The notes below the pieces were generated by a model. The model did not search any database, had not been told where the DNA came from, and saw only the letters and a program-made list of their open reading frames with translations. From Rhina ancylostomus (Eukaryota), in contig JARFYF010000001.1 of the NCBI GenBank assembly GCA_030265395.1, positions 92,538,037-92,602,036 of the forward strand: a DNA stretch of 64,000 bases, given 5' to 3'. The first letter of the stretch is position 1. Every line of letters begins with the position of its first letter. Made by a program: the position numbers and the translations under genes. Positions 1-12,560 of the stretch are shown one piece after another.

Positions 1-60
1 AACAACCCACCCCCCACCCCCCCCCCCCCCTCCCCCCCCACCCACACCCACACACACACA
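1..60. repeat. Poly-C / (CA)n simple repeat
   Basis: Visible C-runs followed by cacacacaca. Confidence 0.9.
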
Positions 61-262
61 GATGCTGCTCAACCTGCTGAGTTCCTCCAGCAGATTGTTG
101 CTCCAGATTCCAGCATCTGCAGTCTCCTGTGTCCTCTCTCATTATTTTCCCTCACAAGCCCATCAGATGAAGGGTCTCTGATCTGGTATGTTCATTTTGT
201 TTCTCTTTCCACATATGCTGCCTGACCTGCTGAGAGTTTCCCTGCACTGCTGTTTTTATTAT
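57..262 (+). mobile_element. Two tandem Penelope-like element terminal fragments
   Basis: cagatgctgctcaacctgctgagttcctccagca…ccagattccagcatctgcagt and cagatgaagggtctc…atgctgcctgacctgctgag; the same motif recurs throughout the window. Confidence 0.65.
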
Positions 263-1769
263 AAAACAATGTGTGTTAATAAAATGTGCATCAGTGGAAC
301 ATGAGCACCCAAGACTCCATCCCAGAGCAAGCTGCTCAGGGAAGCCTTTCTCCCAGTTGAGAAGGCCTTATCCCAACCCAAACACCTTAGGAGGAAACAG
401 CATTCCCACTGAAATCCAAAAACTCAGTGACAAAGAGCTTCAATCACATCACACACAACTGGGAAGAGGGTGATGTACCAAGAGGTGCCATAATCACAAC
501 TAATGATCTACCAGCATGGGTTCAATTAAATGCCTTAAGCATTTTCTAACATTAAGAGTGCAGAAGAATGCAGAGGAATTTTAATTTCAGAATACTTTAG
601 TATTTCTGGATTTTGACACTATGCTGAAGAGAATTATATTATAAAAATGTAATGGATAAATGAATTAAAATGTTTTGAACACTTCTATAAAGTACACTAA
701 ATAGATTTTGAGCATTACTAAAAAAAATCCTATCTTTCAAACAACAGTTTAATAATACAGCTTAGAGCCTGATTACTTAAATTCAGCCAAGCTTCTGGCT
801 TAGTTTTTCCCTCCTGAAGAGGCATAAAAACACACAATAACCAATCCTGGTTTAATGACCATGCCCAAAAACCACAACATTGGCAAATCAGTGCATTTGT
901 AATGAGAAACCACACACTTCGTAATCATCCAACGCTGCTTAAAAAGCATCTCTCTCATGCTGGGCATTCCTTCCTTTTCAGTAAGTGACACACCACCTTA
1001 ACACCTACAACTTGCCAAACATAATATCAGCATGTGTCATTCCCAGGCAATATGCCAAAACATGTTTTCCATTGGTACTTCTCTATGGACACTATTCACC
1101 AATGTATTTGTCACCAACTTATCAATATTATTTAAAAAATTCACTTGGTTTCAGGATACAGCATTCATCTGTGAACTCTGCCTGATTTCACATTACCCAG
1201 GGCCTTTCTTGTGGGTAATATAAAGGGCAAGCTACAATGCTTATTCATATGTTGTTCTTATAATCAATTTCATTCCCCTACTTATTGAACTGCATTTCAA
1301 ACATACCAGTGGGCAATCATATATCTGAATTGGCACCTGATCAAAGAGCCTCAGCTCTGGTACAGGATAATGTGTAATAAACTGCTGTTGTGCCTCAGAC
1401 CGTGCTGTCTCTAACTAGAGACAAGGTCAGTAATGTTTGAAACAGAAAACACATGGGTTGCTCATCCAGAATAGATATTTTCTTGCAGAGTTTAAATCTT
1501 CATGAGGACAGTGAGATTTGTTCAGGTAATATTCCACAGAGTCCATGACAAGACAGGACAACTGACTGACATGCTTATTCTTCCTCCAGATCCTCAATAC
1601 AATCCTTATGCAACAATATTGATCACATAATCTGCTCACTGAATTGTTAGTTTCCTTACTGCACTTTACATTGAACTTGAAGCAGAGTAACAGACCTTTT
1701 ATCCAGTTTCTCCAAGTATTTATGATCCATTTGATCACACTGCCATCTTTTCTCATCTATCAACAAAAC

Positions 1770-2440
1770 CCTCTTATCCCTTCCCTCTCATTTGCTTCCC
1801 CTGAAAACACATCCATGCTATTCATTTCAGCTACTTCCTGCGGCAAGGAGTTCCAAACTTGCACCACTCTTTCAATAAAGAAGTTTCTTTTGAATTCCCT
1901 ATCTGATTTCTTGGTGAGTACCTTACATCGATAGTTTCATTCTTCCCCACTACTGGAAACATAGTCTGTTTCTTCCTGATTAAAATCTTCCAGAATGTTA
2001 AAAATGCTTTCAGATTGCGCTTCAGCCCTTTCCCNNNNNNNNNNNNNNNNNNNNNNNNNNNNNNNNNNNNNNNNNNNNNNNNNNNNNNNNNNNNNNNNNN
2101 NNNNNNNNNNNNNNNNNNNNNNNNNNNNNNNNNNNNNNNNNNNNNNNNNNNNNNNNNNNNNNNNNNNNNNNNNNNNNNNNNNNNNNNNNNNNNNNNNNNC
2201 ATAGTCCTTCTAAATTGTTTTTCTCTTTCTATTGTGACCATAACTGTACTGTACACTGTACTCAAAGCTTGGCTACAACTTGAGCACAAATTCCCAGCTT
2301 TTAATTGTATCCTTCCAGAAATAAAAGCTAGTTCTTTGCTTTCTTATTACCTATTATTTTGCATCATATCTTCATTGATTTATGTATTTGCTCTTTCAAA
2401 TCCTGCTTCTCTATGCCAATTTGATTCTTTTTCTTAAGTA
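1770..2440 (-). mobile_element. Decayed CR1-type LINE fragment (contains a gap)
   Basis: ctacttcctgcggcaaggagttccaaacttgcaccactct and catcttccccactactggaaaca-like motifs are the reverse complement of the CR1 3' region seen at 16915-17460. Confidence 0.6.
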
Positions 2441-2464
2441 ATGAGTGACTTCATTTTATATTGG

Positions 2465-3058
2465 CATGAACTTTGCAGAGTTTTGCCAGCAGTTCCTCAT
2501 GGAACTCCCACAATTTCTCAGCTCAAGTGCTGGTAAATTTTGGGATGCAAAATTTACTGGCTGACCTCCACCAGCCATTTGCCAGCTGTGCTCTGCTGTT
2601 GGTCTCCCTGTGGATCTGAGATTCAAATGAGGATTGTAGAGAAGAATAAGGCAAGTTATATGTTTTTTTTAAAAAACTAATTGTTTGGTTTAATTACTAA
2701 TATTTTTAAATATTTTGATTTTTTTTTAGATGTATTGCTTAAATTTTTGACCCTTTGTAATTATTTCATTTTATACAGTTATTCAACAGCACAGAATGTC
2801 AGTGTCACTCAGAAGCATTGGGAAACATTGACACCTCTGAAAGACAGCAACAAAGGCAAAATGTTATGGATCTTCCAATTTTTTTCCCCCCTGGAGAAGT
2901 TTTGGATGTGGGCATGTTCAAGCCTACCCACATTATTCGAGGCCTTGCCACTGCCCGGGGACCTGCTGCCGAGCTCTGGGAACTTCTGAAGCAGCCAAGA
3001 TTGGTCATTTGGCTGTTCTGAGGAACGGCAGTGGGGCTGACTGAGGAAAATCCAGGCC
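2465..3058. mobile_element. Non-autonomous DNA transposon-like element with GC-rich arms and an AT-rich core
   Basis: GC-rich flanks, central tttttaaatattttg core, ends gaaaatccaggcc; similar architecture at about 39750-40200, 49880-50400 and 54030-54610. Confidence 0.4.
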
Positions 3059-3149
3059 ACATGTAAAAATGAATTTACCAATATAATTTGGCATGGCTTT
3101 CCTCAGAACGATTATCCCAACAACATTCCTAATCAAAAATAACAAAATA

Positions 3150-3245
3150 TGAAATGCAAACAGAAAATGTTGGGAAAATTCAGCAGGTCAGGCAGAAAGA
3201 GAAATAGTAAACGTTTCAAATCTGGGATCTGTCATCAAAATTGAG
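3150..3245 (-). mobile_element. Penelope-like terminal fragment
   Basis: aaatgttgggaaaattcagcaggtcaggcag…aacgtttca…tcatca, the reverse complement of the PLE terminus. Confidence 0.55.
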
Positions 3246-3498
3246 CAAGAGAAGTTAGTCAAGGTAGCAGAAAAGGTAAAAGAGGCCAATTTCAATTAGT
3301 GGAACAAAGGGAATTTCTCTTACAGGGTGAAATAATGGGGCAGATGAGGTAAGGTTAATCTTTGTCTGTATAGTTTATTGTAAAATTGTCTGTGTAATGT
3401 TACGTAGTCTGAATCTATGAAAAAAAAGGAAAAGGAAAAAAAGAATGGCAAGCAAAAATGGCCAGTTCGCAGAAAAAAGGCAAGAAAGAAAGAGCAAC

Positions 3499-4000
3499 TT
3501 AAAGTTGGAGAATTTGATAGAGTCCTGCAAGCTGCACCCTGCCTTGACAGAAAATGGTGTTTTTCCTCGAGCTTGAATTGGGTCTCATCTTAACATTGCA
3601 AGAAGCCACAGATAGAAAGGTCAGAGTGGCAGTGGGATGGTGAATTAAAATGGCAGGCAACCAGAAACTCAGGCTCTCTCCTGTTGACTGAGTCATGTGC
3701 TCCAGTGAGTGATCACCCAAACTGTGTTCAGTTTCTCCAGTGTAGAGGGGGCCATGTTGTGAACAATGAATGCAGTACACTAGATTGGGAGAAGTGCAAA
3801 TGAGTCGCTGCTTTACCTGCAAAGACAGTTTGGGTCCCTGAATGGTGTGAATGGAAGAGGCGAAAGGAGAAGTGTTGCACCTCCTGCGGTTGCATGGGAA
3901 AGCATCGTACGACAGAGAATGGCAGGCGGGCCTGGAAGAGTAGACCAGGAAGTTGCAAGGAAGCAATCCCTTCAGAATGTTGAACAAAGGAAGATGGGAA
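3499..4000 (-). mobile_element. Penelope-like retroelement, decayed GIY-YIG endonuclease region
   Basis: ORF 3499..3987 reads GPKLSLQVKQRLICTSPNLVYCIHCSQHGPLYTGETEHSLGDHSLEH, i.e. the PLE GIY-YIG signature (xVYxIxCxxC…YxGET…R…EH), degenerate. Confidence 0.85.
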
Positions 4001-4224
4001 CCTGTGTGAAAGCTACAACATGCCAGAATAAAAAAGGGACTGTCAAGTAGTGGGCTAGATTTCTTTCAAAGAGAATTTTCACATTTTGCCATAATTATCA
4101 CCCTAATTTCTGAAGAAAGTACTAACATTCAAAGTAATACAAGCCTTAAAATATGAAATATAAAACAGCTTTAACTAAAATCATTGCTTTATAATTAACT
4201 CAAATGATCAGATTTTAAAAAAAA

Positions 4225-4510
4225 TAATTTATGGGATGTGGACATTGTTGATGAGGCCAATATTTACTACTCTTCAGGAGATGGTAGTGAGCCACCATGA
4301 ACTGCTGCAGTCTTTTTGGTGCTGTGGTGGAATCAGTAAGCAGTTGGGCTGGTGGTTGGGTGACAATCAAGACCATTTAGCTCTGGAAGGTGTCAAGCTT
4401 CTTGAGAGTTGTTGGCATTACACTCCTTCAGGCAAGTTGAGAGTATTCCATTGCACTCTTGCCCTGTAGCTTGTAGATGGATGCAGGGCTACAGGGAGTT
4501 GGGATGGAAT
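4225..4510 (-). mobile_element. Decayed non-LTR retrotransposon 3' fragment (CR1/L2-group family)
   Basis: gagatggtagtgagccacc…gaactgctgcagtc…caggcaagttgagagtattcca; same family as 20160-20800 and 42545-42920. Confidence 0.55.
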
Positions 4511-4564
4511 AATTCAATGGTCTTTGAGAATCACATGATTTATCATGTGATCTAGCAGTGTATC

Positions 4565-4775
4565 AAATGATCCACCTATCACGTACCAGCTCTTGCCCCA
4601 ACCCTTCCATCCATCTTTTTATACTGGCTATTTCCCTTCTACCTTTCAGTCCAGATGAAGGGTCTTAACCCAAAACGTCAACTGTCCATTTCCCTCCATA
4701 GATGCTGCCTGACCTGCTGAGTTCCTCCAGCATATTATGTGCTGCTCCAGATTCTAGCATCTGCAATCACACGTC
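4565..4775 (+). mobile_element. Penelope-like terminal repeat containing a degenerate minimal hammerhead ribozyme (4647-4684)
   Basis: cagtc-CAGATGA-agggtcttaaccc-AAAA-cg-TC-aactg followed by agatgctgcctgacctgctgagttcctccagca. Confidence 0.75.
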
Positions 4776-6559
4776 TTACTATATAGCATTGGTTATTCTT
4801 GCCTTGCACTGTTTAGAATTTTTATTTCTGATAATGGTGCAAGTTGGTAACAACATACTGGGGGCTCACAGAGCCAAAGGAAAACGGCAAGCAACTGTGC
4901 ATGTGCTAAACTAAACCCATCTGCTGAGGTACTGTGAAATAAATGGTGCAAGGACTGGGAAGAAGTTCGAGACAGAGTGTATCAATTTAATGACAAATTG
5001 AGACCAAAGAAGAAATAAAGAAAGACTTGCATTTATTTGGTACCTTTCAAGAAGAGATGAAGCATAATAAAGGATGTAGAGACAGAAAATTATAATTGAG
5101 AGAGAAAATAATAAAAAATAAAAATTTTTCACTTTGTAAATCTCAACCTGTAATTCAAAATTGTAGAAACAAGAGTCCAGGCCTGTAATAACTCAATTTC
5201 AATTTCCAGAAGAGCATATGGCAGTGATTAAACAATTATTACCATCATTAAAAGGTTTCAAACTTAAGTGAACAAGACTTAACCTTTTTTTGGCAAGTTT
5301 GCTATCTATCCATGAGAGTAAATGTAGCAACTAAATACCATTCAATGCATTTCAAAAGTGAGGCAATAAGCAAAATGCTATTTTTATGACACTAACAGAA
5401 AAGCAGCATGCTGCATATTCAAGACAGCAACATTATGTACATATATACACATGCTTGCTGGAATATTTTTGCACAAATAGTGCCGAGCATCATTAGCCTA
5501 TGATTTTGACAGTAAATTCTTGACTTCTGCAATTGGGCAAGGCAGGATGAAAACACATGGCTTTCTAACAGCCCATGAAAGGACATCTTTTGCTTGTCTT
5601 TGAAGCAGCAAAAGTACTGCCATTTCTCAGCACTTGTGTGATTTACATAAGCCTGGATAGGTCTTGGATCTCTAACTTGAATCACCTCCATACTACATAA
5701 ACATAAAAACATTAAAGTTGGTTAATAGGACTGTCCTATGTTTAGACACCACAATAGCAATAATTCTTTTAAAATTTCACCAGAATAGCAAAGTAAATGA
5801 AATTGATTTGCAAAAAAGACTTGAAATTTCAGTCATGTTGTTTACTATAAATGAACTGTACTCAAGTTATGGTACTTATGAGAAATGCTATTGTGACTAT
5901 AATGGTGACTCAATTTTCCATTCTAATGTTTGGTTCCAAGAAAGCAAGCCATTCTCACTCTCTCTAAAATGAATACTAGTAATAACTTGGAACTTATGAA
6001 GTACATACCTTTGAAATAAATATACAAGGGAGATGTGATGAAATAACTGCACTAATTTCTTTTTACTGTCTGCCCTTTTTTTAAGCAAATTAAACAAAGG
6101 AGTTTCTTAATTCGTTCCAATAATATGTTGCAATATCATTCTTAGTCTTTGTTTCAGTCTAATTTCAGCCACAATTGAGGCAGCTGGAGCACTCAGCATG
6201 GAATTTACAGCCTTGTAATACAAAATGGTTAAGTGCCTTACGTGTCCATAAAATTTATACTCAATAAAACTTCTCTTGTGAATCCAACTTTCATATAATC
6301 AACTGCACCCTTAAACAGCCAAATTTCAGAATTTAAATCATAGCAAATAATCAATGCATTTTTCAGACACATAATTATTTTGTAATTAAGCATGAATGAG
6401 ATCTCCGGTGGAAGGGAAAATTCATGGAATCATGGAGAAAGGAGTACATTTGGTAGTTAATTGCCCACATAATTGGAACTATAATTCAGTGTTTGAAATT
6501 ATAACAGCTGTAATCAAAGTTATCCAGGAATCCACAACTTGGCATCACTATCAAGTGTG

Positions 6560-6825
6560 AGTTTTAGATCTGTTGCCAAGTCAGAAGTTGAGTTCAAGTC
6601 ACACTCTAAAAGCTTGAGCACTTAATTTAGGCCTTCACTTCATCTTCAAAGACTGGTATACAAGATCACATTCAAAGAGCAGCAAAAGTGATGCTCTTGA
6701 TATTTTAAACTGTCAAACCAACATCAATAAAGCAGATTATTTGATCATTCATTGCATTGCTGTTTGGGACCTTGTTCTGTGCAAATTGCATTTCCTATAT
6801 TACAGGCATTACACTTCAAAAGTGT
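6560..6825 (+). mobile_element. Deu-SINE (SacSINE1-like), decayed
   Basis: B-box-like gagttcaagtc head, cagattatttgatcattcattgcattgctgtttgggacc body, and acacttcaaaagt tail. Confidence 0.6.
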
Positions 6826-8569
6826 CAGTGCACAGAATTCCCAGGCAAAAGAATGAAAATAAAATTATTTTACTTTTTAAAATCTCCAACATTAAGATCT
6901 GAAGGAATAAAATTCCACATTTATAAAAGTTAAATTTCATACCAGGGTGACATATTTATGACAGGATGGACAAGTCCCAGCATTTCCTGGCAATAATGGT
7001 CCACACGCACAAGACAAGCTCAGCACTTTACATTGTTCTACTCTTTTCAATGCGACATCTCTTGGCAGGACAACCATTGTTCTCCTGCTCCAAAAACTGG
7101 GCTACATCTTGGATGAGAGAATCACTGGATTTTTGCAATTAACTGAGCACTTGTAGATGTTGGAAGTTGCTGCAAAATTTCTATTTTGATAGTGGTGAGC
7201 ACTGTCAATTCTATAGCAAAATTTGATCCATCAAATTGTGTGCAAGAAGATAAATACATTTTGAAAAGATCAAGAGTTGGTAAAACTAGGCATACTAATA
7301 AAAATATAATATTAATAACTATGCAGTACTGTTCATTCATACAAAAGAAATAATATTAACTCAACAAACTGCATCAGGGCTGAAAATTGTTCACATCCTC
7401 ATTACAGGCTCTTATACAGGCTTCCTTTTTTATCTGCCTTATTTGTATTTCAGCAAACTGGTTATTGAGATGAACACCATCTACAAACTTGCTAACTATT
7501 TAACTTTGTGTACACGATCCCATTCCACTTGGGTCCATATTTTTACATCCTGTATTTAGCTGAGGTCACCTGCAAATGGCTAGAGTACATTGCACCAGAA
7601 AGATGTAATTGAGTACCGTAAATCAAGACTGAGCAAAGGAAAGGACGTTGATTTTGTTGAGCCGGTGCACTTGTGCTCTCACATGAGAAGGCTTGGGGTC
7701 ATGGCCTAAGACAAACCCTTGAGAATATGACCTAAGTTGGCAATCCAGAACTGTCCCAAAGAAATGCTTTATTTTAGATGAGACATTAAAGAGAACCATC
7801 TGACGTGGATGCAAAAGATCCTATGAAAATATCCGAAGCATAGTACTTCCGCTAGTCGCCTGACAAGCATTCAGCTTTAACTCCACCCACCAGATCCTTT
7901 CCCCAAAATTATACTTCATGCATAAAACACAGTTAAAAGGGACATTGCATTGCTTTTGTTCACAGTACCAAGCATATCATTATATTTGTTTGCAATATTT
8001 ATGTTATGCCAATTTTTCATTCTGAACCATTACCACACCAATAACTTTTACATGTTATTGCACAAGGCCCAGTCCCTCAATTTGTAGTGGTAGGAGGATC
8101 CTACATTATGGCCTTTCCCTATGGAGCCCATGCACTGGTTGCACTGAGCTTCAGTGCAGATGGTCCTGCGCCTTACAATGTGCAGCATTCCATTGTGGAC
8201 CACACCTTCCATTGGAAGGCCAGTAAACATCAGGCTAATCAAAGTATATCCTCCACTGAGTTAATGATCTTCCAGCAGCAGTCCTAGTTAGTCTCAGTGT
8301 GTCCCTGGGAACAGTCTGTACAGCACAGAGCCCTGTGTCATACAGCTGCTCAATAATGACTACTGCAAGGACACTCTTAAGGATGAAAAGTTGGATAACT
8401 CACATTCACAATTGAAAGTGTATTTTCACATGTCCCCACATTTTTTTGCTTTTTGGAAAGGAACTGTGTTTGTATAAAGTCAGTAATAAATTGTACTTAT
8501 TATAGATTAAATTTATGTTGAAGGATATAAAAATAAAGTCAAAACTCCACAGGAAATCTAAAACTAACT

Positions 8570-8772
8570 GCAAAAAAAAGTGCTGGAAGTAAATCAGCAG
8601 GTTAGGTAGCATCCATGGAAAGTGAAAAAGAGTTAACGTGTCAGGTCAAAGACCCTTCACCAGAACTGGAAGAAAACCATTTTTCCCTCATTCTCCCAGT
8701 ACTGATGAAGGGTGTTAGAATCAGAATTAATATTTCAGGATGCACAGATGCTTCCTGATCTATGTGCTTTCA
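8570..8772. mobile_element. Inverted pair of Penelope-like termini with two hammerhead relics
   Basis: Minus-strand copy 8631-8669 (CTGGTGA-agggtctttgacct-GACA-cg-TT) and plus-strand copy from 8697 (cagta-CTGATGA-aggg…), flanked by inverted cagcaggttaggtagcatc / gatgcttcctgatc arms. Confidence 0.6.
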
Positions 8773-9399
8773 ATATAAATTTAAAGGCCTTTATAACATT
8801 TGCAGCTGCTTAAAGCTGCAGACTAGAAAAAATTGCTAATAATTATAACTGTTGAGATTGTTGTATTAAGCAGCACCACTGTCACAGTAAATCAAAACAC
8901 AGCAGCCAAGAATTACTGCTTTGGGCACAATTGCCATTTGGGCACAAAATACACTTGTTTTCAAAGTGATTATCTTAAAAATCAAGCTTTTGCTCAAATT
9001 TGCATTTCACAAAGCAAAATATATCCAGATCCAACATGAACTGACTGCATTTCAGAACTTCGTTTCAATATTTAAAAAAATTTTTTGTAATTAACTATTT
9101 CATTATATATTTAAGTGTTGGCCTGGTGCAGTTTTATTAATTCAGCAGAAAATTAAACTATAAGCATTCTTAGGAGAGTGTTAGTTCACAAACTGTGAGT
9201 AACTCAATTATAAATAAATGGTTTTGGAAATGATACAGAGTTGTTTATTAGCTTCATTGAAGTGTTGTAGGCACAGTAAATTAAATGTGGTTAAGTTTAA
9301 CTGTCTCTATATAAAAAGTACCTTAAAGAGCCCCTGTGTCTGAAAACAAAAGCTATATTTTCTGAACATCCTTGTGACATCTAGAATTGATACAATTGA

Positions 9400-9640
9400 C
9401 ATTTCTTCACCAGAGGATGGCGAAGCTTTGGAATTCTCAGCCCTGCAGGGCCGTGCAGGGTCAGCCATAGATTTCATCCAAAATGGAGATTGATAGATTT
9501 CTGGATATTGAAGGTATCAAGGGGTGTGAAGATCAGGCAAGAAAAAAAGGTACATGAAGAACAAGATCAGTCTTGATCTTATTGAACAACAGAATAGGCT
9601 TAAGGGGCTAAGGGCTGGCTCTTGCACATACTTAGTGTTC
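9400..9640 (+). mobile_element. CR1 LINE 3' fragment
   Basis: ttcttcaccagaggatggcgaagctttggaattctc…gagattgatagatttctggat…gatcagtcttgatcttattgaa. Confidence 0.7.
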
Positions 9641-10705
9641 CTATTGGTTGAAAAACTGTCAGTGATTAATTTGCACTGATGGCAGGATCAGTTGGAACAG
9701 AGAACAACACAGGAACAGGCCCTTCGGCCCATGATGTCGTGCCAAACTAATTAAGCTAATATAGTTCTGGTGTGATGTCTTTTAAAACTCATGAAACAAA
9801 ATTGTGGGAAAACTTGCCGGCTGTAAACTTTGCCTGAACTTCTTTAATCTCACAATGGCATGGCGAATTTTGGAAGAAGTGTGCTGAAAACACCATTCAT
9901 AAAACTAGGGGATGTTCCAGATCTGTGACTTTAATCTTTCGTATCTACATACCCACAGTTATGGAGGCCACATATCTGAATTAAACAGTGGAAGGTATTA
10001 AGCAAAACCAATAACTTATACCGAAGACTCTGTTAAGACCAAAGTTTCATTTTTTTGAAGAAAGTAATCAATGGCCAAACTTGCAAACCTCATCTTTCAA
10101 CTGTCAGCAATTGAAGTATTGAGCTTGGCTGACATTTAAGCCTGCCCACCAGTACTGGAATGAGTTATGTGCCAATTCTCCATTACACCAGTAGATGGAG
10201 AGCCTCCTGCTGATGGAGCTTTCCATGTTGGGAAGGCTGATGTTGTTAATTTGACCTCGCTTAACTATGCNNNNNNNNNNNNNNNNNNNNNNNNNNNNNN
10301 NNNNNNNNNNNNNNNNNNNNNNNNNNNNNNNNNNNNNNNNNNNNNNNNNNNNNNNNNNNNNNNNNNNNNNNNNNNNNNNNNNNNNNNNNNNNNNNNNNNN
10401 NNNNNNNNNNNNNNNNNNNNNNNNNNNNNNNNNNNNNNNNNNNNNNNNNNNNNNNNNNNNNNNNNNNNNNNNNNNNNNNNNNNNNNNNNNNNNNNNNNNN
10501 NNNNNNNNNNNNNNNNNNNNNNNNNNNNNNNNNNNNNNNNNNNNNNNNNNNNNNNNNNNNNNNNNNNNNNNNNNNNNNNNNNNNNNNNNNNNNNNNNNNN
10601 NNNNNNNNNNNNNNNNNNNNNNNNNNNNNNNNNNNNNNNNNNNNNNNNNNNNNNNNNNNNNNNNNNNNNNNNNNNNNNNNNNNNNNNNNNNNNNNNNNNN
10701 NNNNN

Positions 10706-10770
10706 GCGGGAATCGAACCCAGGTTGCTGGCGCTGTAATAGCGTCGTGCTAACCACTACGCTACCGTGCA
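10706..10770 (-). mobile_element. tRNA-derived head of a young HE1/V-SINE (body lies in the gap)
   Basis: Reverse complement gcacggtagcgtagtggttagcacgacgctattacagcgccagcaacctgggttcgattcccgc: A box and B box (GGTTCGATTCC), CpGs intact; closely matches the head at 49225-49292. Confidence 0.8.
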
Positions 10771-10999
10771 TCCAGGATGTAATGGAAAATAATTTTGCAC
10801 AGTTGGATAGAATGCATTCTGAAACCATTAGACTTCAACACAATCCATCTTAGGGCAAAAAAGGTCAAAACTGTTGCTCTTTACACAAAATTTTTAAAAT
10901 ATATAAGCATTTGGTAGGCTGGTTGGCTATTTGCTTTGCACATTTAGAAACTTAAGTATTAATGCAAAATATTAAACTTAAGTTGAAGAGCAACACTTT

Positions 11000-11345
11000 C
11001 AGATGGTGGAAAATGCTGAAAATATCAGCAGATCAGGCAGCATCTGAGGAGAAAGAAAAAAAAAAGTTAATGTTACAGGTCGATGACATTTCATGGGAAG
11101 AGGGAGAAGTTGGGAGCACAAGAGAAATGTCTGTGATTGAGTGGAGACACTGACAATGTGAGTCGTGCTGATGCTGGGTGAGAGATGGTGGTGATGGATA
11201 GTTAACTGCAGCTGATACGTTGGAATTAAATACAAAGCACCGCAGTCGCTGGAAATCTGAAGTAAAAAAATTTCAGAAATGCCCAGCAGCTTAGGCACCA
11301 TCTGTAACAAAAGAAAAATAAAATATTATAGGTAGATGATCCATC
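11000..11345 (-). mobile_element. Two Penelope-like terminal fragments
   Basis: aatgctgaaaatatcagcagatcaggcagcatctg and cgctggaaatctgaag…cagcagcttaggcaccatctgt. Confidence 0.6.
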
Positions 11346-12079
11346 ACGACTCAACACAAGTCAACAAATTTCACATAACTAGCTTTTCAAAATGTGTTAG
11401 CATCTTCTGTTTTTAGCTCCACTGGTCACCTAAAGGGTTGATAGATTTTGTGTCACAAGAACAAAATGAGTTCACGCTTCTGCAGAAACAGGTAATGGTT
11501 TAACAACGAGACTGACATTCATGGCTTTTAAACTCCAGCAAAAAGAGATGAATATTGGGTGGGCTCACTTAAATCTTTCAACTAGACTATATTTTGAGAG
11601 ATCAATTAGATATCAAAAGTGGGTAGAATGAAATAAAAAGAAATTTCAAATGCCATCTGATGTTGAGTCATCTGAACTTCAAAAAGAATGCAAGACCTTA
11701 CACCAATTATTTTCCACTGAATCCTTCTTTTACTCTCCATTTCTAGGAGAAAGGGTAGATTTGGCTGCAGTATGCAAATACAAATGCATGCTCCCTGCTA
11801 CCACCCTAAGGGCATGCATTTGTATTTAGACACCAGGAGGCAAGTGCCTAGAAACTGTAGTGCACCCAGAGGTAAATGATTGGTCTCTGAGGAAAACCCC
11901 AATGTGTGCAGCTGATGTGAGGAAAACTTTCTCAGCACACCTTTGAGGTCGGGCATCAAGTTCAAAAGAGGGAGTTACAAAAAGGTTGAGGGGTGGGGAA
12001 TTATAAAAAGACTGGCAAGTTGTTCTAATCCAGTGCTGTGGGAGGAAAAACCCATTTATCCTGGGAATTGTGTAGAAAA

Positions 12080-12385
12080 TGTGGCAGTCAATTTGTACCA
12101 ACCTCCAACAAATAGTAACATCATAATCAATTTTCTGACAATGTTGGCTGAGGCTTAAACATTAGCTAGGACACCTCAAATAACTCTACTGATTTCAGAA
12201 TAGTGTCACTGGGTCTTTTGAGTTTATTTTAGGGGGAAGATGGAGATTGAGTGCATCTTTCCTCAAAGGATCATCGCACTGAAAGAAAATCAGCATTATG
12301 GAACTAAATATTGAGGCAGAATTACTTATTATGTCTTTAACAAAGGCCAGACTACCTGATATTTGTTCACTTCCTTGACTGTACA
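12080..12385 (-). mobile_element. Deu-SINE (SacSINE1-like), decayed
   Basis: atgtggcagtcaatttgtac…ccaacaaatagtaac…aatagtgtcactgggtctttt…aaaggatcatcgcactga, reverse of the 36480-36850 element. Confidence 0.5.
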
Positions 12386-12460
12386 CAGATCCAAAAGCGC
12401 AAAGAGTCTAAGGTGTAGGTTTTTTTTAAGCTAGGACCCTAGAAAGGTTGCATAGTGCTG

Positions 12461-12560
12461 NNNNNNNNNNNNNNNNNNNNNNNNNNNNNNNNNNNNNNNN
12501 NNNNNNNNNNNNNNNNNNNNNNNNNNNNNNNNNNNNNNNNNNNNNNNNNNNNNNNNNNNN
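12461..12560. other. 100-N assembly gap with duplicated flanks
   Basis: taggaccctagaaaggttgcatagtgctg occurs on both sides (12432-12460 and 12561-12589). Confidence 0.9.

Noticed and set aside
10706-10770. tRNA gene
   Set aside because: It has A and B boxes but no acceptor stem, and it matches the head of the SINE at 49225-49292.
10167-10853. Long ORFs spanning N runs (also about 2.0, 13.7, 33.5, 43.9, 48.2, 53.9 and 61.4 kb)
   Set aside because: Artefacts of translating assembly gaps.
11417-11491. Plus-strand 75-nt exon-like segment (AG…GT, LHWSPKGLIDFVSQEQNEFTLLQKQ)
   Set aside because: No recognisable homology and no partner exons; such segments arise by chance in 64 kb.
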